Positions 35,784 through 47,138 of a stretch of 64,000 nucleotides of DNA are shown one piece after another. The notes below the pieces were generated by a model. That model saw only the letters and a program-made list of their open reading frames with translations, had not been told where the DNA came from and did no database searches. Source of the DNA: Arcobacteraceae bacterium (lineage in GTDB: Bacteria > Campylobacterota > Campylobacteria > Campylobacterales > Arcobacteraceae); contig CBDCZH010000015.1 of the NCBI GenBank assembly GCA_965224485.1, forward strand, positions 192,001-256,000, given 5' to 3'. Every line of letters starts with the position of its first letter. Position 1 is the first letter of the stretch. The position numbers and the translations under genes were made by a program.

Positions 35784-36959
35784 TTAATTTAAGCTTAAAT
35801 TATTTACAAGTTTTTTAAATTCTTTTCCCCTATGAATATAGGAGTCAAACTGATCATAAGAAGATGTTGAAGGAGACAGTATTGCAAGAGAGTTTTGGTC
35901 ATGTTTTTCACTCATTTTACTTACTGCATTTTCTAGTGTTTTGCATATTATATATGCTATTTCATACTTTTTACACAATTTTTCAAAACGAACATAGTCT
36001 AATCCTATTAAATAAATCTCAATATCTAAATTTTTCATATATTCAAACAAAGAAATTAAGTCAACTTTTTTATCAACTCCACCTAGAATTAGCAGTATTC
36101 TTTTATCTTTATAAGGAATTAGAGCATTTATACTTGCGTCAGTATTTGTAGCTTTTGAATCATCTACCCATAACCTATCTCTTTTATCTCGAAACTCTTC
36201 TACTTTATGCTCGTCAATTACAAAACTATTAATTTTTTCATATGAAATTTCATCAAAAAGAATTTTTTGACAAGCTAGAGCTAAAAGAGAATCTAGTAAA
36301 AAAGGTTCTTTAAATTTAATATCTTCTTGTTTTATATTAAATTCATTACATAAATCGTAAGAAGAGTTATAAACTATTTTTAAAGCTTTTGTAGGATAAT
36401 TTTCAAACTCTTTTGGAATAATTGCGATTTCACCTTCTTTCATACGATCTAAGGGTTTAAGTTTTGCTTTTTGATACTCTTTATATGAACCATGCCAAGA
36501 AATGTGATCTTGTGAGATAGGAAGTAAAATATAAAGATTGGGTCTTGCTTTGTTTGTATAGTGAAGAGTAAACGATGATGTTTCTAAAATCCAAATAGAA
36601 GCTTTTGTATCTAAAGCAAATAAAGGTGTTCCAATATTCCCCCCATATAAACTTCCTTTATCTTTTAAAAGATGTTGAATCATTTGAGTAGTGGTTGTTT
36701 TTCCATTAGTTCCAGATATCCAAATACAAAAAGGCATTTTTTCTTCCATAAGATCATAATCACTCATTATATTAGAAGAGTTTTTTACCATAAAATTAGA
36801 AGGTGGAATTCCAGGGCTTACAATAGTAATATCATTTGAGGTTTTATCATATAAAGAGAAATCACTCTCATCATATAATATACTTTGTGGAAACTTTTCT
36901 TTTATTGCTTGGGCGGTTAGTCCCTTGCCAAGGACTCTAATTTTTTTTTCATGCTTCAT
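35784..36959 (-). CDS. murD: UDP-MurNAc-L-Ala:D-Glu ligase
   Basis: SPGIPP, ISGTNGKTTTT, GGNIGTP, LETSSF, DDSKATN. Confidence 0.95.
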   Translation of the reverse strand: MKHEKKIRVLGKGLTAQAIKEKFPQSILYDESDFSLYDKTSNDITIVSPGIPPSNFMVKNSSNIMSDYDLMEEKMPFCIWISGTNGKTTTTQMIQHLLKDKGSLYGGNIGTPLFALDTKASIWILETSSFTLHYTNKARPNLYILLPISQDHISWHGSYKEYQKAKLKPLDRMKEGEIAIIPKEFENYPTKALKIVYNSSYDLCNEFNIKQEDIKFKEPFLLDSLLALACQKILFDEISYEKINSFVIDEHKVEEFRDKRDRLWVDDSKATNTDASINALIPYKDKRILLILGGVDKKVDLISLFEYMKNLDIEIYLIGLDYVRFEKLCKKYEIAYIICKTLENAVSKMSEKHDQNSLAILSPSTSSYDQFDSYIHRGKEFKKLVNNLSLN

Positions 36960-36968
36960 TAATACAAC

Positions 36969-38030
36969 CTATCTTAGTTTTAAACTCATTAAAGCTACTA
37001 AATTAGCCATAAAGGAGATAATCCAAAACCTCACAATGATTTTATTCTCTTTCCAACCTTTTTCTTCAAAATGATGATGAATTGGAGCCATTAAAAATAT
37101 TCGTTTTTTTCTTAGTTTATAAGAGCCAACTTGTAAAATTACTGATACTGTTTCAATAACAAAAATAAAACCAATTATAATTAGTAAAATTTCTGATTTA
37201 CAGATAATTGCCATATAAGCCATAAACGCCCCAATAGGAAGTGAGCCAGTATCGCCCATGAAAATCTCAGCTGGATGTGAGTTGTACCATAAAAAAGCAA
37301 TCAAAGCTCCTACAAAAGAAGCTCCTACAATTGCTACTTCTCCAACAAGTTTTATATTTGGTAATAAAAGATACGAAGAGATAATCGCATGTCCTGTTAT
37401 ATATACTATAGTTGAGAGTGTAAAAAAAGCAATAACAGAGGGAACAGTAGCAAGTCCATCTAAACCATCTGTTAAATTAACAGCATTAGATGTTGCAACC
37501 ATTACTAAAATCCAGAAAAATGCTGCAAACATTCCCATATCAAAAATAGGTAATTTTAAAAATGGTAAATATAAAGTAGTAGAATGATCATAAAGGAATA
37601 AAACTATTACAACAACAGAAGCTGAAATAACTTGTAAAAATAATTTTGCTCTTGATGAAAGTCCTGCATCATTCTTATTATGAGAAATTTTGGATAAATC
37701 ATCTTTAATTCCAATAAGAGAAAAAAGAGCAATAACAACTAAAGCACCCACTACATAAAAGTTATTGAGCTTTGCCGTTAATAGTGTTGCTATAAGTGTT
37801 GCAACAATAAAAACAAAACCACCCATAGTTGGCGTTCCTGCTTTTTGCTTATGTGAACTAGGGGCAAGGTCATAAATAGGTTGTCCTAATGTTCTAGCTT
37901 TTGCCCATTTTATAAATTTAGGAAGTAAAAAAAGTGTTAGAAAAAATGCAATAAAAAATGCTATTCCAGCTCTAACTGTAATGTATTGAAAAATATTAAT
38001 ATCTAAGTGTCTGTAAAACCAATAAAACAA
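36969..38030 (-). CDS. mraY: Phospho-N-acetylmuramoyl-pentapeptide transferase
   Basis: [35 protein letters not shown]. Confidence 0.97.
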   Translation of the reverse strand: MFYWFYRHLDINIFQYITVRAGIAFFIAFFLTLFLLPKFIKWAKARTLGQPIYDLAPSSHKQKAGTPTMGGFVFIVATLIATLLTAKLNNFYVVGALVVIALFSLIGIKDDLSKISHNKNDAGLSSRAKLFLQVISASVVVIVLFLYDHSTTLYLPFLKLPIFDMGMFAAFFWILVMVATSNAVNLTDGLDGLATVPSVIAFFTLSTIVYITGHAIISSYLLLPNIKLVGEVAIVGASFVGALIAFLWYNSHPAEIFMGDTGSLPIGAFMAYMAIICKSEILLIIIGFIFVIETVSVILQVGSYKLRKKRIFLMAPIHHHFEEKGWKENKIIVRFWIISFMANLVALMSLKLR

Positions 38031-38119
38031 AGTAAACCTTTTTTTTAGGAAGTATTATTCCTAATTTTGATATAATCGCGATAATTATATACTATTATAG
38101 TTTTTAAAAGGTTTAAACA

Positions 38120-39610
38120 ATGTCAATTATAAATAATACTAATAAAACAATTCTTGTTATAACTGATGGAATTGGACATAATTCATCAAATAAAGATAAT
38201 GCATTTGCGCAAGCTACTACTCCTACTTATGATTATTTGTTTAAAAATACTCCAAACTCTTTAATTCATACCTATGGTGAACATGTAGGACTTCCTAAAA
38301 ATCAAATGGGCAATTCAGAAGTTGGTCATATGAGTTTAGGAACAGGAAGAGTTTTATATCAAGATTTAGTAAAAATAAATATTAGTATAGAAGATGATAC
38401 TTTAAAAAATAACCACATTTTAAAAGATGTTTTAGATAAATCAAATAACATACATTTTATTGCTTTAGTAAGCAATGGCGGAGTTCATTCTCATATAAAT
38501 CATTTATTAGCATTAGTAAAAATAGCTTCTAAAACAAATAAAAAAGTTTTTATTCATATTATTACAGATGGTAGAGACGTAGCACCAAAGAGTGCGAAAA
38601 CATATATTGAACAAATACTTCAAATATGTAAAGAAAATATTGTAATTGCTACTATTTCAGGAAGATATTATGCAATGGATAGAGATAATAGATGGGATAG
38701 AATACAAAAAGCATATGATAGTGTGAATAAAGCTATTCCAAATACAAAAGACTCTATTTTACAATATGTTCAAAATTCATATGAAAATGAAATATATGAT
38801 GAGTTTTTACTTCCAATGTCTTTTAATGATTATAAAGGATTTAGTAAAAATGATGGTATTATTTTTTGTAATTTTAGATCTGATAGAATGAGAGAACTTT
38901 CAAATGCAATAAGTAATAAAAACTTTGAGCACTTTGATACATACAATGAGAATTTATATATAGCTACTATGACACAATATGATAAAACATTACCACTTCC
39001 TATTATGTTTGAAAAAAAGACGCCAAAAGATACCTTAGCTGAAGTTATTTCAAAAGCTGGTTTATCTCAAGTTCATACAGCTGAGACTGAAAAATATGCT
39101 CATGTTACATTTTTCTTTAATGGTGGGGTTGAAGAACCCTTTTTAAATGAAAAAAGAGTTTTAATTCCATCTCCTAAAGTTGCAACCTATGATTTGCAAC
39201 CAGAAATGTCAGCTTGTAAAGTTGGTCTTGCTGTTAAAACTGCAATGAAAGAACAAAATGATTTTATAGTTGTTAATTTTGCAAATGGTGATATGGTCGG
39301 ACATACTGGAGATGTGAAGGCAGCTATTAAAGCTGTTGAGGCAGTGGATAAAGAGTTAGAGATAATTTTAAAAACTCTTGAAGAAGAAAATTATAACTTA
39401 GTTCTAACCTCAGATCATGGTAACTGTGAAAAAATGAAAGACGATGAAGGAAATACCTTAACAAATCATACAGTAGGTGATGTTTTTTGCTTTATTATTG
39501 CAAAAAATGTAAAAGAGGTAAAAAATGGTTCTTTAAATAATATAGCTCCAACTATTTTAAAACTAATGAACTTAGAAATTCCATCATTGATGGATGAAGC
39601 TTTAATATAA
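38120..39610 (+). CDS. gpmI: 2,3-bisphosphoglycerate-independent phosphoglycerate mutase
   Basis: QMGNSEVGH, GGVHSH, GRYYAMDRDNRW, AETEKYAHVTFFFNGG, DMVGHTG. Confidence 0.97.
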   Translation: MSIINNTNKTILVITDGIGHNSSNKDNAFAQATTPTYDYLFKNTPNSLIHTYGEHVGLPKNQMGNSEVGHMSLGTGRVLYQDLVKINISIEDDTLKNNHILKDVLDKSNNIHFIALVSNGGVHSHINHLLALVKIASKTNKKVFIHIITDGRDVAPKSAKTYIEQILQICKENIVIATISGRYYAMDRDNRWDRIQKAYDSVNKAIPNTKDSILQYVQNSYENEIYDEFLLPMSFNDYKGFSKNDGIIFCNFRSDRMRELSNAISNKNFEHFDTYNENLYIATMTQYDKTLPLPIMFEKKTPKDTLAEVISKAGLSQVHTAETEKYAHVTFFFNGGVEEPFLNEKRVLIPSPKVATYDLQPEMSACKVGLAVKTAMKEQNDFIVVNFANGDMVGHTGDVKAAIKAVEAVDKELEIILKTLEEENYNLVLTSDHGNCEKMKDDEGNTLTNHTVGDVFCFIIAKNVKEVKNGSLNNIAPTILKLMNLEIPSLMDEALI

Positions 39611-39619
39611 AATATTATT

Positions 39620-40309
39620 ATGATAAATATTAAAAAGCTCAAAATTGAAAATAAAAACAACATTTTATTAGATATTTCTTTTAAATTCACTAAATCTTGT
39701 GCTTTAATAGGACAAAGTGGTAGTGGTAAGTCTTTAAGTTTAAAAGCTATTTTAGACTTATTACCCTCAACTTTGCTCTTAGAAAAAGAAATTTTATGTG
39801 ACTTTGAACTTAAAAGAGAGGATATAGGTTTGATTCCGCAAAATCCTTTTACTTCTTTAAGTCCAATGACAAAAATTAAAAATCAATTTTTTTGTGAAAA
39901 TAAAACGAAAGAAGAAGTTTTAAAACTCGTAGGTTTAGATACATATATTCTTAATAGGTTCCCACTTGAACTAAGTGGGGGACAGTTACAAAGAGTTGTG
40001 ATTGCAATTATTTTAAGTAAAAAACCAAAACTTTTATTATTAGATGAACCTACCACTTCTTTAGATAACACAAGTAAAAATACTATTCTTTCTTTAATAA
40101 AAGATTTGCAAAAAACTTTAAATTTATTAATATTATTTGTAACACATGATATAAATTCGATTACAGATATTTGTGAAGATATTGTTATAATAAAGAATGG
40201 TAAGATTATAGAAGAGGGAAAAACTAAAGAAGTTTTTAAAAACCCAAAAAATACATATACGAAAGAATTGATAAAATCAAATTTTTCAAATAAAGAATTT
40301 AGGAAATAA
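39620..40309 (+). CDS. ABC transporter ATP-binding protein (peptide/nickel type)
   Basis: GQSGSGKS, LSGGQLQR, LLLDEPT, VTHD. Confidence 0.9.
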   Translation: MINIKKLKIENKNNILLDISFKFTKSCALIGQSGSGKSLSLKAILDLLPSTLLLEKEILCDFELKREDIGLIPQNPFTSLSPMTKIKNQFFCENKTKEEVLKLVGLDTYILNRFPLELSGGQLQRVVIAIILSKKPKLLLLDEPTTSLDNTSKNTILSLIKDLQKTLNLLILFVTHDINSITDICEDIVIIKNGKIIEEGKTKEVFKNPKNTYTKELIKSNFSNKEFRK

Positions 40310-40312
40310 ATA

Positions 40313-42499
40313 ATGTTAAAATATATATTAGCTTTTTTCGTTCTAATTGGTTTAGCAGTACTTGCTGGTCTTATTTATTTATACTCAAGTATTAGATTTG
40401 ATATTGATAAAATAGTTGATTATAAACCAACAATCACTACTCAATTTTATGATAGAAATGGTGATTTAGTTGCTAATATTTTTGATAAAGAACATAGAAT
40501 TTATGTAAAGTATATAGATATTCCACCTAGAATTATTGAAGCTTTAGTAGCTATTGAAGATACACAATTTTTTGAACATAATGGAATTAACCCTGACGCA
40601 ATAAGCAGAGCTATTATTAAAGATATAAAAGCAGGCTCTTTAGTTGAAGGAGCTAGTACTTTAACACAACAATTAGTTAAAACTCTTGTTTTAAGTAGGG
40701 AAAAAAAACTTATAAGAAAAGTTAAAGAAGCTTTATTAGCAATTAGACTTGAAACAATACTAACAAAAGAAGAGATTCTCGAGAGATATTTAAATCAAGT
40801 TTATTTCGGACATGGATATTATGGTATTAAAACCGCATCTTTAGGGTATTTTAAAAAAGAATTATATGAACTAAGTTTAAAAGAGATTTCTATTTTAGTT
40901 GGACTTCCAAGAGCTCCTAGTTTTTACGACCCTACTAGAAACTTAAAATTTGCACTAGCACGTGCAAATCAAGTAGTAAGCAGATTAAATACCTTAGGTT
41001 GGATTAGTAAAAATGAGTATGAAGAAGCTATAAAAGAAGTACCAGAAGTATATAAACAAACATTAACACAAAATAAAGCACCTTATATTATTGATTATGC
41101 TTTTAAAGAGTTAAAAAAACATATTCCTGATATTAAAGGTCAAGGGTATAAAATACATTTAACAATTGATTTAAAAGCTCAAAAAATTGCAAGAGATGCT
41201 TTAAAACATGCTTATGATTTAGTTTTAAAAAGAGATATAACACAATTTGAAAAAGATAAACCAAAATATATAAAAGCTAAAGAAAAAATAAAAAAACTCA
41301 AACTTGCAGTAAAAGCTGGAACATATAAAGTTCCTTCAAAATTTACAAAAGATGGAGAAGAAATTGAAAATTGGTATAGTCCTTTAAAAATTCCTAAGAA
41401 ACTCTTTTATATAAAAGAAATAGAAGTAACAAATAAAGAAACAGGAGAAAAAACTCTTGAACTTATTTCGACTCATGTTCATAAATTAAATGCAGCTTTT
41501 ATCACTATTGAAAATAAAACAGGGGAGATTATAACAATGTTAGGAGGAGTTGATTATAAAAAATCATCTTTTAATAGAGTTGTACAATCTTTAAGACAAC
41601 CAGGTTCAGCTATTAAACCTTTTATTTATCAACAAGCATTAAACCTAGGTTATTCACCAGCAAGCCCTTTAATAGATATTTCAAGAACATTTGAATTTGA
41701 TGATCCTAAAAAAAATACGATAGATCCTAAAACAGGAAAAATAAAAAAGAAAAGATGGCAACCTAGAAATTATGAAAATAATTATAAGGGTTTAATTACT
41801 TTAAGAGAAGCTTTAGTTCACTCAAGAAACCTAGCAACAATAAATCTAGTAAATGAAATAGGAATAAATGTTATATATAAAGGTTTACAAAACTATGGTT
41901 TTAAAAATATGCCCTTTGATTTATCTATTACCTTAGGTTCTTTTGGCGTTTCTCCTTTAGATTTGTCACAAGCATATTCTATGTTTTCAAATCAAGGGAT
42001 ACAAGTTAAACCATATATTATTGATTCAATAATAAATAAAAACAATGATATAGTGCGTTTTGAAAAAGAAGAGAAATATATTATGTCAAAAGAACAAGCA
42101 TTTTTATTAACTGATATTTTATTTGAAACTGTAAATTCTGGAACTGGACGAAAAGCAAGAGTTAAAGGTCTTGATATTGCTGGAAAAACTGGAACTACAA
42201 ATAAAAATATAGATGCTTGGTTTTGTGGTTATACTCCTACTATGCAAACTCTTGTATGGTTTGGAAATGATGATAATAAACCTATGAAAAAATCTGAAAC
42301 AGGTGGAAGAACAGCGGGGCCTGCATTTGCTTATTTTTATAAAAACTATTTAAAAATACACCCAGAAACCCCAAGAAAATTTCAAAAACCTAAAGAAGTA
42401 AGAGAAGCTTTAATAAATGGAAAAAAAGAGTATTTTACTACAACATCAAAACTACCTGAGATAAAAATTTCTTCATCTCAAAATGAAGTAGAATTCTAA
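40313..42499 (+). CDS. Class A penicillin-binding protein 1A
   Basis: EDTQFFEHNG, GASTLTQQ, RKVKE, SAIK, SRN, KTG. Confidence 0.95.
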   Translation: MLKYILAFFVLIGLAVLAGLIYLYSSIRFDIDKIVDYKPTITTQFYDRNGDLVANIFDKEHRIYVKYIDIPPRIIEALVAIEDTQFFEHNGINPDAISRAIIKDIKAGSLVEGASTLTQQLVKTLVLSREKKLIRKVKEALLAIRLETILTKEEILERYLNQVYFGHGYYGIKTASLGYFKKELYELSLKEISILVGLPRAPSFYDPTRNLKFALARANQVVSRLNTLGWISKNEYEEAIKEVPEVYKQTLTQNKAPYIIDYAFKELKKHIPDIKGQGYKIHLTIDLKAQKIARDALKHAYDLVLKRDITQFEKDKPKYIKAKEKIKKLKLAVKAGTYKVPSKFTKDGEEIENWYSPLKIPKKLFYIKEIEVTNKETGEKTLELISTHVHKLNAAFITIENKTGEIITMLGGVDYKKSSFNRVVQSLRQPGSAIKPFIYQQALNLGYSPASPLIDISRTFEFDDPKKNTIDPKTGKIKKKRWQPRNYENNYKGLITLREALVHSRNLATINLVNEIGINVIYKGLQNYGFKNMPFDLSITLGSFGVSPLDLSQAYSMFSNQGIQVKPYIIDSIINKNNDIVRFEKEEKYIMSKEQAFLLTDILFETVNSGTGRKARVKGLDIAGKTGTTNKNIDAWFCGYTPTMQTLVWFGNDDNKPMKKSETGGRTAGPAFAYFYKNYLKIHPETPRKFQKPKEVREALINGKKEYFTTTSKLPEIKISSSQNEVEF

Positions 42500-42525
42500 A
42501 AAAAATATACGGATTTTTTTACATA

Positions 42526-42560
42526 AAAAAAGGCTAAGTGTAAAACTTAGCCTTTTTTAT
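42526..42560. terminator. Bidirectional terminator between convergent PBP1A gene and glnA
   Basis: AAAAAAGGCTAAG-TGTAAAA-CTTAGCCTTTTTT. Confidence 0.8.
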
Positions 42561-42591
42561 TTTAAAGTATTTATCTAAAATACAAATATTA

Positions 42592-44019
42592 CTAACAAGA
42601 ATATGTAGATTTAAATTCAAAAGCAGTAGGTCTTGCTTCATCAGGCCATACTTGTGTTTCAAACTTATAATGTTGATAAATATCAACCATATCTTGTGTA
42701 AATGCAGGTTTTAAGAAATCATTATCTCTAATTAAAGCTTCTAATGAACCTCTTAAAGTATGAGGCATTTGAGGAATATTTCTTTCTCTAATCTCATCTA
42801 AAGGCATTTCAAATAAATCCTCATCCATTGGACCAATTGGTTCAATTTTATTTTTTATTCCATCAAGTCCTGCCATCATCATAGCAGCAAATGCTAAGTA
42901 AGGACAAGCAGTAGAATCAGGGAATCTCATTTCTATTCTAGTAGCACCTTCACCAGCACCATAAGGAATTCTACAAGAAGCTGATCTGTTTTTTGAAGAA
43001 TATGTTAAAATTGAAGGAGCTTCAAATCCTGGAATTAATCTTTTATAAGAGTTAGTTGACGGATTTGTAAATGAAGCCACTGAGCGTGCATGTTTAAACA
43101 CTCCACCAACATAATGTCTAGCCATTTCTGAAAGATTTGCGTACTCACCTTCTTTATAAAATAAGTTTTTTCCATCTTTCCAAATTGATTGATGTACATG
43201 CATACCATTTCCATTATCACCAAATAAAGGTTTTGGCATAAATGTACAAGATTTACCATTTAAGTGAGCAACCATTTTACAAACATATTTATACTTTTGA
43301 ACATTATCAGCAGCTTCAATTAAACCATCATAAACGATTCCAATTTCACCTTGTCCTTGAGCAACTTCATGATGTCCTAAGATAACTTCTAATCCAACTT
43401 GTTGCAAAACTTGCATCATTTCAGCTCTTAAATCAACCATAGTATCAGTTGGTTGAACTGGAAAGTATCCACCTTTAGTTCTAGGTCTATGTCCATTATT
43501 ACCAATATCATAAGTAGTATTATCAGACCATTCACCTTCTTCTGAATCAACTCTATAATATGACTCATTAATAGAATCAATAATTTTAACATCTTCAAAA
43601 ATAAAGAATTCATTTTCTGGTCCAAAATAAGCAACATCACCAACACCAGATTCAGTTAAGTGATTTAAAGCTTTCTTAGCAATAGATCTTGGACATTTTT
43701 CATATAATTCATTTTTATAAATATCATATACATCACAGATTACAATAATAGTAGAATCAGCAGTAAAAGGGTCTAGAAATGCTGTTCCAACTTCTGGTTT
43801 AAGTAACATATCTGATTCATTAATTGGCTGCCAAGCATCAATAGAAGAACCATCAAAAGGTAAACCATCTTCAAATACTTTTGCACTAACTGCACTTAAC
43901 ATATAAGATATATGATGCCACATTCCTTTTAAGTCAGTGAATCTAAAATCAACAAATTGAACTTCATTCTCTTCACAATATTTAAAAAACTCTTCAGCAT
44001 TGTTTACAAATTTACCCAT
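42592..44019 (-). CDS. glnA: Glutamine synthetase type I
   Basis: [50 protein letters not shown]. Confidence 0.97.
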   Translation of the reverse strand: MGKFVNNAEEFFKYCEENEVQFVDFRFTDLKGMWHHISYMLSAVSAKVFEDGLPFDGSSIDAWQPINESDMLLKPEVGTAFLDPFTADSTIIVICDVYDIYKNELYEKCPRSIAKKALNHLTESGVGDVAYFGPENEFFIFEDVKIIDSINESYYRVDSEEGEWSDNTTYDIGNNGHRPRTKGGYFPVQPTDTMVDLRAEMMQVLQQVGLEVILGHHEVAQGQGEIGIVYDGLIEAADNVQKYKYVCKMVAHLNGKSCTFMPKPLFGDNGNGMHVHQSIWKDGKNLFYKEGEYANLSEMARHYVGGVFKHARSVASFTNPSTNSYKRLIPGFEAPSILTYSSKNRSASCRIPYGAGEGATRIEMRFPDSTACPYLAFAAMMMAGLDGIKNKIEPIGPMDEDLFEMPLDEIRERNIPQMPHTLRGSLEALIRDNDFLKPAFTQDMVDIYQHYKFETQVWPDEARPTAFEFKSTYSC

Positions 44020-44134
44020 TGGTATAACTCCTTAAATTTAATTATTATCTAGTTTATCAAAACTATTATAAGACTAAGGAAATTATATGTATATAAAATA
44101 TACAAAAAGTACTGAATTTATAAATTAATTTTAT

Positions 44135-44935
44135 TTAAAAGTGCACTAACTCTCTATCTCTTTTGTTAAAAATTGCACATTTGTTATAACCAACACTTTT
44201 TGCAAGTTTGACTACTTCATCATAAGCAAAACCAATTTGATTTAATTCATGTGCATCTGAACTAAAAGTAATAGGAATATCTAAGTCATATGCTAGTTCA
44301 AGAAGATCTCGCGAAGGATAAGTTTCATTAATTGGTTTTCTTAAACCTGCTGAGTTTATTTCTAAAACCATATTTGCTTTTTTGATTTCTTTTAAAGCAA
44401 AAAAAGCTAGTTTTTTTATATCTTTTGTAGGAAGGAAGTTAAATACTTTTATTAAATCAAAGTGCCCTACTATATCAAAAAGTCTACTTTTAGCCATTTG
44501 TTCTATAACGCTAAAATAATCTGCCCAAATGTCATTAATATTTTTTTCTTTATATTTTCCAATAAATTCAGGATTATCAAAACCCCATAAAGAAGAGTTT
44601 TTTTCTTGCATAAAATGAACTGAACCAATCAAATAATCAACATTAGCATTCAATACTTCATCTAAGATAAAAGCTCTGTTTTGCATAAAATCAACTTCAT
44701 ATGCTAATAATATCTTAATTTGATTTTTATATTTTTCTTTTAAAAAAAGAATATTTTCTTCGTATTTTTCTTTTTGATCTAAAGCCATTCTATATTTAAA
44801 ATCATAAGGCATTGGTGCATGGTCTGAGAAACCATAGACATCAATTCCAAGCTCTATTGCTCTTTTTACATAATCTTGGGTTTCACCATTTGCATGATTG
44901 CAAAGTTTTGTATGATTATGTAAATCAACTCTCAT
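44135..44935 (-). CDS. PHP-family histidinol-phosphatase (HisJ/HisK type)
   Basis: DLHNHT..CNHA, SDHAP, DYLIGSVH, GHFD, SDAH. Confidence 0.88.
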   Translation of the reverse strand: MRVDLHNHTKLCNHANGETQDYVKRAIELGIDVYGFSDHAPMPYDFKYRMALDQKEKYEENILFLKEKYKNQIKILLAYEVDFMQNRAFILDEVLNANVDYLIGSVHFMQEKNSSLWGFDNPEFIGKYKEKNINDIWADYFSVIEQMAKSRLFDIVGHFDLIKVFNFLPTKDIKKLAFFALKEIKKANMVLEINSAGLRKPINETYPSRDLLELAYDLDIPITFSSDAHELNQIGFAYDEVVKLAKSVGYNKCAIFNKRDRELVHF

Positions 44936-45697
44936 TTATTTATTTTTTTCTAACAATTCTAAAATTTCTAAATTTAAATTAATTCTTGAAAAAAACTCTT
45001 CTTGAGTGAAACCTTTATAAATAAAATCATTTGCTCCATATTTTAAGAACTTAGATATTATTTTTTTATTAATTTCGCCAGAAATAGCAATAATTGAAAG
45101 ATCTTTTTTTGAAAATTTCTTTCTTATTTCTCTTGTTAATTCTAATCCGTTCATATCTGGCATAATATAATCAATATAAACAAGTTTAATATCAGAATTA
45201 TTATCTAATATTTCTAAAGCCTCTTTAGCAGAAGTTGCACTTAAAACATTTAATCTATATCTTGATAATAAATCTGACATTTTTTGACAAACTACTGCTG
45301 AATCATCAACAACTAAAACTTTTATACTTTGATTAAGAACTATACGTTTTACCATCAAAACAGCATATTCTAAAGAATAAGAACCATCTTTTATCACATA
45401 ATCAACAATATTCTTTTTTCTAAATTTTTCTTCATTATCTTCTAAATTAGAACCTGTTAAAACAATACTAGCAATATCAAACTTTGTAACTAAATCAACT
45501 ACTTCACCATTAGGTGCATCAGGTAGTCCTAAATCAAGCAAAGCAACATCAAACTTACCCTTATATTTTAAAATAACATCAGCCGCTTCTTTAAGAGATT
45601 TTGCAAGAACACAAGTAAATCCAAGCTCAGTACTGATTAAACTTTGTAAGGCAGACGAAATTAATTTACTATCTTCTACTATTAAAATATTCGCCAT
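44936..45697 (-). CDS. Tandem receiver-domain (REC-REC) response regulator with no output domain
   Basis: ILIVEDS...LDLGLPD and VLVVDDS...IDYIMPDMNG; ends soon after the second REC. Confidence 0.85.
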   Translation of the reverse strand: MANILIVEDSKLISSALQSLISTELGFTCVLAKSLKEAADVILKYKGKFDVALLDLGLPDAPNGEVVDLVTKFDIASIVLTGSNLEDNEEKFRKKNIVDYVIKDGSYSLEYAVLMVKRIVLNQSIKVLVVDDSAVVCQKMSDLLSRYRLNVLSATSAKEALEILDNNSDIKLVYIDYIMPDMNGLELTREIRKKFSKKDLSIIAISGEINKKIISKFLKYGANDFIYKGFTQEEFFSRINLNLEILELLEKNK

Positions 45698-46149
45698 TAA
45701 AGTAATACCCCAGCCCCAGAAATTTTTGTACTTCTATTTTTCGCATAAATACGTTTATTATTTATAATATCGTACTTCCATATAGGAGCAGACTTTTTAA
45801 AATCTTCTACAAACTCATCAATTAACTCTAATGCAAGTCTTCTTTTAGGTGAACAAACACAAGCTATGTAAGAGCTTGTATGATTTAAAACATCACCCCT
45901 TGAATGAGCCATAAGAACAATAGCACCAAGTTTTTTTGCTTTTTCTTGCCATGAATCAAACCAAGAGTTTAATATAGGTTCATAAATATCAAAAGATAAA
46001 CCTTCAATATCATCTTCATCACGTACTACTCCAACAAAAGTAATAATAGCTCCAAAATTAGAGTTTCTAAATTCATCATACCAAGCATTTGTTATTTGTG
46101 TTACGGGTAAATCACCATCAAAAAGTTCTAATGCTTTAGTATTATTCAT
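45697..46149 (-). CDS. moaE: Molybdopterin synthase catalytic subunit
   Basis: GAIITFVGVVR, FKKSAPIWK; follows moaD; start most plausibly ATG at 46149. Confidence 0.92.
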   Translation of the reverse strand: MNNTKALELFDGDLPVTQITNAWYDEFRNSNFGAIITFVGVVRDEDDIEGLSFDIYEPILNSWFDSWQEKAKKLGAIVLMAHSRGDVLNHTSSYIACVCSPKRRLALELIDEFVEDFKKSAPIWKYDIINNKRIYAKNRSTKISGAGVLL

Positions 46150-46177
46150 TATTAATTTTTCATTATTCACTACTAAC

Positions 46178-46399
46178 TCATCCTCCACAAACAGGAGGTA
46201 ATAAAGAGACTTTATCTCCACTTTTTAAGGCTATATCTTTTGAGCTTATTAATGTATCATTTATTGCAACTGCACAGTTTTCTAACCAAGAAGAAATTTC
46301 ACTATTATCTTTTAAAATTTCACCTAACTGGCTTAAATTAGAAATATCGACTTCCATATTATTATGATTAATTGGTCCTAAAAATTCAATCTTAACCAT
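46178..46399 (-). CDS. moaD: Molybdopterin synthase sulfur carrier
   Basis: C-terminal LLPPVCGG. Confidence 0.93.
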   Translation of the reverse strand: MVKIEFLGPINHNNMEVDISNLSQLGEILKDNSEISSWLENCAVAINDTLISSKDIALKSGDKVSLLPPVCGG

Positions 46400-46469
46400 T
46401 TTAACCCCTTATTTACCAAATTTTTAATATTATATCCAAATTATTACAATTTTCTAGAAAGATAAAACA

Positions 46470-47138
46470 ATGATTTTTTCAAAAATAGACTATATTAACC
46501 TATTACCTTTCCACATTTATACAAAAAGAAATATTAGAAATACGCAAGTTAAAGCTATCATAAATTATAAAAAATCCTATCCTGCTTTAATTAATAAAAA
46601 GTTTAACAAAAGAGAAGTAGATGCAGCTTTTATATCTTCAATAGCTTCAAGAAATAAAAAAAGTTTAGACTTAGGTATTGTTGCAAAAGGGGAAGTTACT
46701 TCTGTTCTAGCAATAAAAGGAGAGTATGAAGAAGATTTTGAGTCTTCTACTTCAAATATATTAGCAAAGCTTTTAAACATAGAAGGAAAGATAATTATTG
46801 GGGATAAAGCACTTAAATATTATCTTGAAACAAATAAAGATGAGTTCGTAGATTTAGCAAAAATTTGGAGGGACAAATATAATTTACCTTTTGTTTTTGC
46901 AAGATTATGTTTTAATTCACATGAAAAATATCTAAAAAAAATAACAAAAAAATTTAATAAAAGACATATTAAAATACCTAGATATATCTTACAAAAGTAT
47001 GCAAAAAGAACAGGCATAAAAGAAAAAGATATTCTAGAGTATTTAGAAAAAATTGATTATGCAATAAATACTAAAGAAAAAAAATCATTGAAATTATTTT
47101 TTAAATTATCAAAAAGGTTAAATAATGGAGCTTATTGA
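46470..47138 (+). CDS. mqnA: Chorismate dehydratase, futalosine menaquinone pathway
   Basis: [26 protein letters not shown]...LPFVFA. Confidence 0.85.
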   Translation: MIFSKIDYINLLPFHIYTKRNIRNTQVKAIINYKKSYPALINKKFNKREVDAAFISSIASRNKKSLDLGIVAKGEVTSVLAIKGEYEEDFESSTSNILAKLLNIEGKIIIGDKALKYYLETNKDEFVDLAKIWRDKYNLPFVFARLCFNSHEKYLKKITKKFNKRHIKIPRYILQKYAKRTGIKEKDILEYLEKIDYAINTKEKKSLKLFFKLSKRLNNGAY

